Assembly (NCBI GenBank): GCA_000934665.2
Contig: JYFJ02001187.1
Span: 62,001 to 88,228, forward strand
DNA length: 26,228 nt
From: Catajapyx aquilonaris
Taxonomy: Eukaryota
Reading direction: 5' to 3'
In this document: piece by piece, positions 1 through 10,303 of the stretch
Layout: every line of letters begins with the position of its first letter
Numbering within the stretch: position 1 is the first letter of the stretch
Notes under the pieces: model-generated
Databases searched by the model: none
Told to the model about the DNA's origin: nothing
Seen by the model: only the letters and a program-made list of their open reading frames with translations
Made by a program: the position numbers and the translations under genes

Positions 1-784
1 TGCAACACACGCGACACCTTTCTGTAGGGCGATCACATGACAGATGAACAGTCCCCAGCATAGAGTTGGTGACAGCAGGCCCTCCCCTTCAGAAGGGCGG
101 TGCTCTGCCAATCCCTGCCATTACAGTATCAAATATACGGTTATAAATACACAAACACATGCCTAAAGCAGCTAACTCGGTCCAAAAAGAGTCCATCAAT
201 TTGAGTCGGATAAAGGAAGGTCAGAAGGCCCGCAGCATCTCCAACTTTATGCTCGGGACTGTACCTGTGTATCCACAGTGGTTGCTTAGGAAGCAGGATG
301 TGAGTAATAATCTGTTGTGTCCTGTCATTTAGTATTTCCTAGCCTGGGGAAGCAGACTGTTACTGTTGACTGGACTGTTAATTGTTGACAGTTGCTATCC
401 TACTGTTTGGAATCCTTATCAGCTTTGTCAGTGAGCCTAGCTGAGCAGTTAGCCCCAGCTTATGCTCTCCTTGTAACCTTGTTATAATACAACTGCTTCA
501 CAGCATTATTTTGTGTCCTTGCCGCAATAACATTACTGCTAACGATACGTTGGACTTTCTAGGCAACAAATGCAGGTACACATGCAGGTCCATCTGCCAG
601 GCGATCTTCCTACAAAAAGATGTTGAGTGTGTTGGTGTGTGTGTCTAGCAACAGACCAATGTGTATGATGGCTACCTTGTTACCAGTTTGTCCCTCGATT
701 TTTCTCCACTCTACATTTTAAATTGGTTTTGCGCCAACAAGTACACTGCCGGCCTAATAAATACTATTAGTGAGAAACACCCTG
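1..784. mobile_element. TA-flanked foldback MITE family A (Tc1/mariner-type ends), copy truncated by the window start
   Basis: Right end ...tagtgagaaacaccctg|TA at 784. Positions 560-784 align with 5213-5400 and partly with 15855-15986. Positions 1-50 are an inverted copy of about 587-635. Confidence 0.7.
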
Positions 785-882
785 TATACTTTCATGGACA
801 GCTGTGCTGGTTTCAGGCCAGGCTTCTTGCAGCAGTACTATGAGTGTGTAGAGGGCTACCATCCACCTGTCCTGATGACTAT

Positions 883-1035
883 GAGCCCTTGCAGACGGGC
901 CAAGCTTAGCCGCGGCTGGTCGAGGCCGCAACGGTTCACACCTGGCAAGCCACGCCCAGGCCACGGCTTACAAGGTTGGCCAACTTTCTGGAAGTTGGCC
1001 AGCCGCGGCTAAGCTTGGCCCGTCTGCAAGGCCCC
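883..1035. mobile_element. Short MITE, PIF/Harbinger-like
   Basis: Perfect 33-bp inverted repeat 887-919 / 999-1031 (ccttgcagacgggccaagcttagccgcggctgg), flanked by TAT on both sides (880-882, 1036-1038). Confidence 0.75.
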
Positions 1036-1427
1036 TATATCCAGAAGACTTGGATGTTCCCCTGGGGGGCATGGTATTGTCACATTGCTATGATGGTGAG
1101 GATGTTGTCGCACAAGCTTAAACCAGCCACTACAGGCTACACTAAACTGTTTAACTGCAGTACTGTATTCAGGCTTGTTCTTCAGATAGTTCAGTTAAGT
1201 TGGGCAGGGAGGTCAGGGAAAGGTGTAGGCTGGGGTTGGCAGGAAAGAGGCGGAGGGAAAGCTCACTGAAATCAAAGAAGACTCATCAGATCACTGTTGA
1301 GAATGACTGCCAGTGTAATACTTTGAAATTCCTGCTCCCTGCAAGACTGTATCTTCGTGTAATTTTTGATTTCATGTTTTTCTCGTATTTCAGCTTCTAC
1401 TTGAATTGACAGACGTCTAGTCCAATT

Positions 1428-1532
1428 ATGGACAGTCACAGTGAGAAAGATGCTGAAGGTGGAACAAGCGTTGTCAAAGGCCAAAAGAAGAAAGCACTGA
1501 AAGCACCTGCTGAAGTGACAACAGTTTCCAAG
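1428..1532 (+). CDS. REXO5: REXO5-like RNA exonuclease, putative first coding exon (MDSHSEKDAEGG...EVTTVSK)
   Basis: Acceptor tttctcgtatttcag ends at 1393, and ATG is at 1428. The 35 Lys-rich codons end AAG|GTGAAG in phase 0, matching the phase-0 acceptor at 7255. Reading through the donor hits TGA after two more codons. The donor is only a moderate consensus match. Confidence 0.6.
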
Positions 1533-1666
1533 GTGAAGTGACCAAGATTGTCAAGTTCATTTGAGTATTGTAAATTCTGTTAAGAATAATATAAGTGCTC
1601 ATGATGGGGAGCATTCTCATATCTTTTGTGCAATATTTTTACAGTTAACAAGGCAAACGTCATCTA

Positions 1667-2064
1667 CAGTGGTGGTCAGAAGTGATGTCCGGCCTGGGAA
1701 AAGTAGGTTGAAATTTCAAGTCTGTTTAATTCGGAAACTGGAAAAGTTACAGAGATGAACTTCACTGGGTTTTGAAGCTCTAATGATGTAACTTAAATTG
1801 TGTTATACAGATGGCTCAACGATTGTGTGCAGTAACTCGGCTCTTCCGTTATTTTGTCCACCACCTTTTAAGACAGCAGGCGGAGGTGTCATATTTTTTT
1901 TGTTCTTGTGATTTTTGAGCCATTTGTAAACCACACAAAGTGACATAATAGAGATTCCAAACTCAGTAAAGGTCACCTTTGTAACTTTTCCAGTTTTCAA
2001 ATAAAACAGGTCCTAAATTTCAACCCACTTTTTCTAGGCCAGACATCACTTCTGACCACGACTG
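1667..2064. mobile_element. Tc1-like MITE
   Basis: TA|CAGTGGTGGTCAGAAGTGATGTC ... GACATCACTTCTGACCACGACTG|TA, with imperfect terminal inverted repeats (TIRs) of about 110 bp. Confidence 0.85.
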
Positions 2065-2312
2065 TACTGTCAGCGGATATTGATATTAAGTATTTTGGTT
2101 TTAGCAATGCCCTTGCAGGATAATTTTTGATTTTATATTGCAGCATACATTTGCGTAAGGAAACGATTGAAGATGTCACTTGCCAAAGGGCCCAACTCCA
2201 GGAGGTGAAATTTTTCAGGAGAGACTAAAAACTGCACATGTGCATAATTGCTCAATTTAGAGTTTCCCAGTTTATGATGCTCATAGGGCACCATTATACA
2301 CACCTAGTGGCA

Positions 2313-2670
2313 GTTTTTTATGTGTTGTGTTTGTTTACCCCATTGGAGTGAATGGAGCCCTTGTAGGGGGGTGGAATACCACAATTTTTTCTTACGAATT
2401 TTCTTTCGTATTTTTCTCTCCGGTGCAGGGATCAGGATAGGGATTTGTGAGGAGGGGACACTGGTGCAAGTGCGTTGTCTTTATGTTGGGGGTCGTGTGC
2501 AGTCCCCCAGGAGGGCAGGTTGCAAGACAAGCCGCTAGGTGCGGGTCAGAAACCCCCCACCAACTCCGCGCCTCCCCATGGATGGGTCAAGGATATGAAA
2601 GGAAGGGGGTGGCTGTGGCCTATTAATAACGGAAGCGACCCCAGAATTTTCCTGGGGGGACCCTGGGAAA
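2313..2670 (-). mobile_element. 5'-truncated SINE (chimeric body)
   Basis: The reverse complement of 2330-2555 matches the body and tail of the SINEs at 10304 and 23391. Positions 2590-2670 match the core of the SINE at 11143-11430. Flanked by agtggca (2306-2312, 2671-2677). Confidence 0.75.
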
Positions 2671-2801
2671 AGTGGCATAGACATCATATACTGGAAAGCA
2701 ATAGGTCAGAGTCTATTGAATGTCACAGTCAGTGGAGTTGGGCCCTTTGGCAAGTGACTGCCCGCACCAACATTTCCTGTTGCAATTTCAGTGGTATAGA
2801 G

Positions 2802-3219
2802 CAGTGGTCCCCAACCTTTTTATCGCCCCGGACCGGTCAACGTTTGATAATTTTACCACGGCCCGCTGGGGAGGGGGGGGGGGGGGGGATATAGATTGTT
2901 TTGATTTAATAATTTTCATTTTATTGTACTTAAACATGGCTTCAAAATAAAATATAGTTACACCAAAAAATGAATATAAAGTGATTGAACATGTCACCTC
3001 ACTAGAACGCAAAATCAATGAGAACCCCGAGCTTGTTTCTTTGCAACGAGACGGTTCCATCTAGGGGTATAGCGTTGGAAATACCCTGCCAAGGCCAGCA
3101 ATACCGTACCACGGCCCCAGATTAGACGATATATCGATAAAATAATGTAGAAAAAAAATGAAATGGAAATAATTGGGCGGACCGGTACCGGTCCGCGGCC
3201 CGGGGGTTGGGGACCACTG
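2802..3219. mobile_element. hAT-Charlie MITE (MER1-like)
   Basis: Perfect 15-bp TIR cagtggtccccaacc / ggttggggaccactg and perfect 8-bp TSD gtatagag (2794-2801, 3220-3227). Confidence 0.93.
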
Positions 3220-3562
3220 GTATAGAGTCATGCCTGACCATTTGAACACATCATATTTGTAAAGTAAGACTACAAAGAAAGGTGTGATCAGTTTTACTTC
3301 CATCCTATGTTAATTATTATTAACATTAATCACAATCTGACTTGCATCCAGTCACTTGCCAAAGGGCTCAACTCCAGTAGTAGGCAATGGACTGCAATCA
3401 TCATATTCAATTTTAAGGCACTTCTGATTGACTTTGGACCGTCATCTTCACCAGGGCTGAGGTCTGACTCCAGGAGTAGGAATCCGCAATAAAATGGTTT
3501 TTCGAAATTTTTGGAGTTGGGCCCTTTGCCAAGTGACGCCTTCAATTTGTATTTGCTGTTAA

Positions 3563-4901
3563 GAGCCCGCCCAAGCCTTGCCCTCGCAGCAAGTTGGCCT
3601 CCTCTCGAGGCGCGTCTTGCGAGATTGACTCTTCTTCCTCTCGCTGTGACGGGCACAGATGTGGAGGTATCATCATGAAACTTGAGTATCTGGTCGCGAA
3701 AGGATAGAATTTTCAGTTGTTGTGTTTATTTTTCTCCTGTGGTAATTTTAGCTGCAGCTGTGCTCAGGTATAGCCTTGGACTTTGAACCGCAATCCCTCC
3801 TTTCCATGTCTGTACTTGTGAGATTTGACTCCATAAGCATGTTTTTACATCCTTATGCCAAAAGTCTGTAAAAGGGCACAAGTGTGGCAGTCCTTGTTTC
3901 ACCTAACCTTGGTACGAAAAAGACCCATTGCATGTGCAATAAGGTCTCCGGGAGAGAAAGAGACGACTTGGCAGCAAGTACTGCCTGCATGCTCCACCAC
4001 CCCCACCCGCCACCTCACTCTTCCATACCCGGCTTCTTTTCGCCGTAAGTTTGTGCCACTGCATCACTCAAACCAATTTTCCAAATTTTCATATGTTGTT
4101 ACGACAATCTTCCTCTGCCACTTACGCCAACTCGGGGCCAATTATTATCGACGTTGATTCAATTGTTTAAAAAAAAAAAGAATTTAATAATAATTGGGTT
4201 AGTGCATCGCCCTAATTGGGCATCTGGCACGGTACCTTTATTTGCTTAAGATGTACAAGCTTTTTATTACAGGTGGTCCTTTTCCGTATCGCCCAGGTAC
4301 CACGAGCGAAGGGGGGATGAATAGGAGGGGATGTGCAATGTGCAGTGCAATGTCTGAACTTGGTCATTCTGTGAACTCCCCCGGGTGGCTTAGTCTGTCA
4401 GAAATTGCCACCCGAAATGAAGCCAGAGATGGCCCAATTTTGCACGGATAAAGGTGGGAACCCCGGGTGGGGATCGAACCTGGGACCTTCATATCCGTGG
4501 GCGCGAGCGTTACCGCTGCGTCACTTCATCTCCCTGATTCAATTATTTAAAAATTACATGAGCATCAGTGATATCCCAGCAACTTCAGTTGATGGATACG
4601 CAGGAAATTGGAGGAGACGGACATGCTTATGGAGTCAAATCTCACAAGTACCGACATGGGAAGGAGTTATTGGAGTTCAAAGTCCAAGGCTTTACCTGAG
4701 CACAGCTGCTGCTAAAATTGCCACAGGAGAAAAATAAACCCAACACCTGAAAATTCTATCCTTTCGCGACCAGATACTCAAGTTTCATGACGATACCTCC
4801 ATATCTGTGCCCGTCAACAGCGAGAGGAAGAAGAGTCAATCTCTCAAGACGCGCCTCGAGAGGAGGCCAACTCGCTGCGAGGGCAAGGCTTGGGCGGGCT
4901 C
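3563..4901. mobile_element. Non-autonomous DNA transposon with long TIRs, Sola3-like
   Basis: TTAA|GAGCCCG ... CGGGCTC|TTAA, with about 280-bp well-matched TIRs (3563-3842, 4621-4901). GAG..CTC ends with a TTAA target are the Sola3 signature. Confidence 0.85.
4262..4534 (-). mobile_element. tRNA-derived SINE nested in the Sola3-like element
   Basis: The minus strand reads gggagatgaagtgacgcagcggtaacg...aaggtcccaggttcgatccccac, with A box and B box. The 3' boundary is approximate. Confidence 0.7.
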
Positions 4902-5055
4902 TTAAGCTATCTCAATGGTGATATCACGTGTTGAAAGATCTGGGCCATCCACTTTGTCCTTGTATGTTTCCCTAAATCAGAGTATAAAATAATGCAGTGG
5001 AAATTTTGACTTTAACAAAGGTACATGTGAGTCTCCTGATGCCCCCCTTCCCTAT

Positions 5056-5400
5056 CAGGGTGTTTCCTACTAGTAATTCCAATGGCAGTCATTGTATTCC
5101 TTGGCCCAACACAAGTCAAAAATGTAGGGGGGAGAAATTTTGAGGGACCAACTGTTAACGAGGTAGAATTCAGCAGTATCAGTAATGATGCTCACTCTCA
5201 TATTCTACACCCTAGGCAACACTAAGTATACAGGTCCGCCTGTCAGGGGTTCTCCCTACAAAGTGGTGTTGTGTGTGTTGCTGCATGTGTCTAGGGGTAG
5301 GCCAATGTTTCTGGTCGTCTACCTCGTTACTAGTCGCTCCCTCAACATTTCTCACCTCTACATATTTGACTTGTTTTGGGCCAAGGAATATGCTGGTTGC
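5056..5400. mobile_element. Foldback MITE family A, decayed copy
   Basis: Starts cagggtgtttcctactag. Arms 5093-5166 and about 5318-5391 are inverted copies that match 15610-15986. Confidence 0.7.
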
Positions 5401-5409
5401 CAATAGAGT

Positions 5410-5567
5410 GGCAATCACATTAAGGCCCCTAGTCTGGTGACCCCGGGTAAGCTTGCCCGCGGGCAATCACCATGGCAACATATGTAAAAGGATTGCAGTA
5501 AACAACAAGTTACCCTAGGGGGCAAGCTACCCTGGGTCACCAGACTATATACCTAAATGTGACTCCC
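5410..5567. mobile_element. Short MITE, unclassified
   Basis: Imperfect arms of about 45 bp: tcacattaagg..tagtctggtgaccccgggtaagcttgccc / gggcaagctaccctgggtcaccagacta..cctaaatgtga. No clear TSD. Confidence 0.6.
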
Positions 5568-5581
5568 TGATTGGTTAAGGC

Positions 5582-5830
5582 CACGGACTAGATATCTCGG
5601 GACTGGTCACTCCCCTTCTTATTGCATTGGGAAGGAAACTGGGAGGTTATGCACTACGGAACCACAGGCGGCGCCCAGCAGGGTCGAGACCGATGGCATC
5701 GATGCGATGTGCTTCTCTTTGCTCTGGACCCTGCTGGGCACCACCTGTGGTTCCGTAGTACATTACCTCCCCATTTCCCTCCCAACCCGATAAGAGTGGG
5801 AGTGACCAGTCCTTAGATACCTCGTCTGTG
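5582..5830. mobile_element. Almost fully palindromic MITE with 8-bp TSD (P-element-like or hAT ends)
   Basis: CACGGAC ... GTCTGTG termini, arms of about 105 bp, and perfect TSD gttaaggc (5574-5581, 5831-5838). Confidence 0.85.
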
Positions 5831-6096
5831 GTTAAGGCAGTGGTCAAAATCACTTGCCTTGTTGCCATATTGACTCTGTAAATTACACCCACCTTTTTAC
5901 CATTCTCTTGGTAGCTTTGCAGATACCCTTTTTTCATCAGGACAATTTATAAGAATGCAATTTCTATCTGGAAGAGATTCCGGGCTCCTAATATATAACA
6001 ATCACATTTAATAACTATTTTAAATTTGAATTGGTGCCCTCAGATTAAATTTCAACCATATTCAGGCAGATACCAGTGCACTTCCAATCATATTAA

Positions 6097-6946
6097 CCCT
6101 TCTGTTACTGCTATCCTGAAAATCAGGATACTGAAAAAATCACTGTATCTAGAGTGTCAAGGGCACGAAGTTAATGTGTGAAATTTTGTCGGAATCTGTA
6201 TAATGTGAGGTTCATCTGACAAATATTTGATATTTTAAAGTCCTAGTGCAATAATGATTACACATGGAGTGAAAACCTATTTGTGTGCATGACTCAGGTC
6301 ATCTATACATTGCATGAGTTTGACATTTTTTACGTCCAGCGATAAGACAGTCAAAAAAAGAGGCTGATGGTCGCATTACACTTGCCTGCACTATTGTCCA
6401 ATTCCATTCAGCGCTGCCTTATTTTTCTTTCCAATATGCTAAAATTACCCATGAAAACATTTTGTAGTTGAAGCTAATAATTATTGGCATCATTTAGCTG
6501 AACTATGATGAAAAACATGGCATTACAAAGTGTGTAATTAGCAAAAGCCCAATGACATGGCAGCCATCTTTGATATACAGTAGATAACAGCAATTAACTT
6601 AATGACATCATTTCTAAATTTCTAAATTTGCTTCCTAAATTGTAATGAATGGTCATGAATTTTTTGACACTCAATTGGGCCGATAGTGAACGACTATGAA
6701 ACACAGATGTAGCATTTCTGGACTTTGAATTTTGCGTGTTACAAATTATTCTTTTAAGAAAGTAATGAAAAAAAGCAATAGATGTCACCCTATGGCCACT
6801 TGTCAACAGATAGCACCAGGTCAATAATGTTGTCTTTGGTAAGCTGGCTATGAGGGCTCATCGACATGCGGCCGATGACAAGGTCAGGGTTGTAAATATA
6901 ATTAAACCCCACCCGCTACAAATTCCTTATGGCGGTAACGGAAGGG
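6097..6946. mobile_element. piggyBac-like non-autonomous element
   Basis: TTAA|CCCTTCTGTTACTGC ... GCGGTAACGGAAGGG|TTAA, a 13/15 TIR match. Confidence 0.75.
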
Positions 6947-7255
6947 TTAAAGTACTACCTATGTTGCTCAAAAAATGGAGACAGGTGTGCGTTTGGTTGG
7001 AATGCAAAATCATCTCCATCCATTTGAGCGACATAGTACCGTACTTCGTACCATTTTCCACTTTCGGTTCAGGGCCATCTACTGGAAATTCCAAAGAAGT
7101 GTCAAAAATCTTGGGTCAGATGGGGTGTCACAGAACCAGTACTAGATTTCTTTTACATCATAATTTTAAAATGAACTCTTTAGTAGCTATAGCTAATGTT
7201 AAGTTCCTTGTGCTGTTATTCATTATTGTAATGACAATTAATTTTATCACAACAG

Positions 7256-8123
7256 GAGGGTGAACACTCTGGAGAGAGTAGTCGACCTAAACAGAAAAAA
7301 GTGAAGAAAAAGAAGAGAGAACAGGAGTCTCCTGACTCAACTTCATCTGAAGATGGAGATGCTCCCATGGAATCAAAGGTCCATAAAAGGAAAGCTGTTG
7401 AGACCATTTCAGGCCTCACTGATGAACCAACAACTTCTGGGCCAAAGAAAGAAAAGAAGACAAAAGAGAAACAAAGTGAAGACATTGATTCTTCAGAGGA
7501 ACTTAGCGCTGCGGCCAAGGCAGCTAGGTCTAAGGCTCGCAAAAATCGCCAGCGAAAGAAGAGGAGAACTGAATCTAAGTGTGCAGCAGATGAAGGAGAG
7601 TCTTCAGGCCAGCAACATGATTTATCAAGTCCAGCACATAATGCAGACCTTGAACCCAGTCCATCCAAAAAGGGAGGGAAAGCAGTTCTCTTTGGGGATG
7701 CATATTTGCGCCTTAAAGAAAGGCTCAGAGAGAGAAAGAAGCGTCTGAAGCAAATTCCACGCTTCTATTTGCAAAAGTCAGGACTTAAAGCTGACCTTCG
7801 GAAGGTTGAACCTTTGAAGCTGAAGCCTACCGACATTAGCAATCTGATTGTGTTCTCCCTGGTGGGAAGGGTTTCCCATTATAAACCAGATAATTGGTGT
7901 GGCATAGAACGGCAGAGTAATGTTCTCAAGACAGTTGCCATGGTCATTGATGGTGTGACAATTGAGGCATACATGCATCACAAGTCGTGCTGTTTTTCTG
8001 AGTGGGATGAGATGCTACCACACCAGGTGCTTGTTGGCTGCAGTGGCATTGATTTTGAAATGAAGAGATTTGGCATGCTGGTGCAACCCCTGAGTAACAG
8101 AGAACGGAAGTGCCTACTGAAAG
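7256..8123 (+). CDS. REXO5: REXO5-like RNA exonuclease, coding exon 2 (basic/acidic low-complexity region plus conserved N-terminal domain)
   Basis: Acceptor attttatcacaacag|GAG and donor AAAG|GTAAGC (phase 1). The 868 nt are open and in frame with ORF 7301..8149. Segments LKPTDISNLIVFSL, NWC, VIDGVT and PLSNRERK resemble the region upstream of the nuclease domain in REXO5-family proteins. Confidence 0.88.
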
Positions 8124-8789
8124 GTAAGCAGTGTGTATTGTTGAGATAATTACCAATAACGTGTCGTATGTGCTTCATAATGCTGTCTAGGATTATTCTG
8201 CATTTTAAAAGGCCGAGACATTTCGTAATGAAATTGTCTTTCGGGCAATCCAGTTTGTGTTCCTTATTGGGCCTTCAGCCAAATGGACACATGATGTCAA
8301 ACTTGCAAATGTGATTCAGCAACATAACATTGTTGTGAAATTAGTTGGTAGGTGAATATATCCAAATAACTGCTGAAGTTCCTTCCCTCCGCTAGATGCA
8401 ACATTTGGCACTATTTAAAAAAGAGCAATTCTTCAACACCGCAAATGCAGGCAGAGAGAAAAGCATTGAGTGTTGGATTGTTAATTTCATTAAGCATCAC
8501 TTTCAGTGAACAACTTGCCCCTCTAAAAATTTATTGCTACCATTTCTGATTTTAAAAGTAAAGTGAAAATTTGGGAGTATTTCACTTCTTGGACCTGTTA
8601 GAATACTGTATTTCAGTCCTTTTATTTCATCTCCTGCTCTCTTTGGCAACACTAACTTTCACTTTTCTAATTCACACCAATTATATCTCCCCAGGAAGAT
8701 TCCTTATCCTCTTTTGTAGTATCCTTTCTGCAGACCTGTAGGCTTATTGCTTAGGAACTGATTTTTAGGTTCTAAAAGACCCTCAAATA

Positions 8790-9215
8790 CAGGGTTCGGA
8801 AATTTAATCTGCTGTCACTTTGGGAAATGATCCACGGGTTCTAGGCGATCACTTAATACAACATTGGTCTCCGACGCATAGTTACCGAGATAATGTGCTT
8901 CAAGCACCAGGTATAAAATATCCTGGCATGTATGCGTCCCTCCACGTGACCTTGCCTTTTTCATTTAAATTTGAGGTGTTACCGTGTAATTTAATTTTAA
9001 TTTACGATCCTGTTAGGTGTAGCAGGGAATGACCTAGGCGATGGAAGTATCGTAAGCAGTATCCAAAACCTATAAGCTGGGATATTGCACTTTTTATTTA
9101 ATGGTAATTATCTCGGTAACTATGCATTGGAGACCCATGTTGCATATACTCAGTGATCACCTAGAACACCGCTATCATTTCCCAAAGCAACGGTAGATTA
9201 AATCTCCGAACCCTG
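8790..9215. mobile_element. MITE with about 105-bp TIRs, hAT-like ends
   Basis: cagggttcggaaatttaatct...gttaccgagataat / attatctcggtaac...agattaaatctccgaaccctg. No TSD recognisable. Confidence 0.75.
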
Positions 9216-9334
9216 GAGGTAGGAATTTAGGCCCTGAAAACAGTCAAAATAGGCTCTTAATAGGCAGTAAAAATCAAGCAGGTCCTAATTTATTTTCATT
9301 TCTATACAATACAGCCTACTCTTGGCCATGGAAT

Positions 9335-9500
9335 TTTGCAATACAATAACTAACTAGCAGTTCTTCCATATTTTTGTTGGTTAATCACAGTTATTCAGTG
9401 ACGCCTGTCTGACAATACATCTTTACACGATGAAAATGACCTTTCAACGTCACACAAAGCAACTGGCTCATACTTGAGAAATGAAATGCCTTGTACAGTC
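9335..9500 (-). pseudogene. hAT-family transposase C-terminal remnant
   Basis: The minus strand gives FLKYEPVALCDVERSFSSCKDVLSDRRH, then after a stop/frameshift LTNKNMEELLVSYC. This matches the hAT dimerisation motif (S-x-x-ERSFS...RR). Confidence 0.75.
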
Positions 9501-10303
9501 CATTCATCTGGCATGGCTACAGCTTCTTCGCCCTTGGCTCGTTGAAGCTGGAGGGATGCCTTGAACTGAAAACCCTCAAACCCCCTCGAAAATCGGGCAG
9601 AATGGCACCAGAAAGGTGGAAATAGGTGCAAAATTGGCGCTAATAGACCATTTAGGTCCCAATGCCCTAAATAGGCAATTTTAGGTTCTTTAAAGGTATG
9701 ATTTTTGAGGTCCTTGTGTTATAAAACAGATAGATATTTTGGTTCCGGTGTGCTCCCTACATAATAAAAAGTAGGTAAAAACCTAGAAATCCATTCTGTA
9801 TTTATTGCTAATGGGACAGGTGTCTGGTACACCCTGACAGCAACAAAGATTCCCTTTATGAAATAGAAGTGTTTTTCCACAGAATAACAGTTTGTGTAGA
9901 TTTTCATTTTTCGACCATGAGGAAAAAGGCATGTCCATAAAATGTTGTATTAGTAATATTAGGCTGGAAAAGTTTGCCAATATGAAGCATTTTTACCCCT
10001 TAAATTTTTTTAAAAACTCAATGTTGATCTGATACTAGACTAAAGGGCTTTCATCAAACCTTATTAGCATTTCCCACCCAAAATTTAACTGAATGAGACT
10101 TTTTTTAGTTTTAAAATTTATAACTCACAATGGAAGGTCATCCGTTGTATATGGAGTTGCTGAAGGAAACTTGGCACAATAATAGAGGCAGGTAAGTTAT
10201 TCACCAAAATACAAACCGTTTCAGCGGAGCGATACAAAGTCAAAAGTTATGACCTCTCAATATCAGCCCGGACAGCTTACCATAAGCAAAGTTTCAGATA
10301 TCA

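Larger units (their letters stand above)
2166..3546. mobile_element. Unclassified inverted-repeat element with four copies of a 26-bp motif; hosts a SINE and a hAT MITE
   Basis: The motif gtcacttgccaaagggcccaactcca occurs at 2175-2200 (+), 2733-2758 (-), 3351-3376 (+) and 3512-3537 (-). The outer pair extends to 35 bp with 3 mismatches. Confidence 0.65.

Noticed and set aside
7216..7748. 150-aa antisense ORF and 131-aa alternate-frame ORF over exon 2
   Set aside because: Shadows of a low-complexity coding exon, with no independent motifs.
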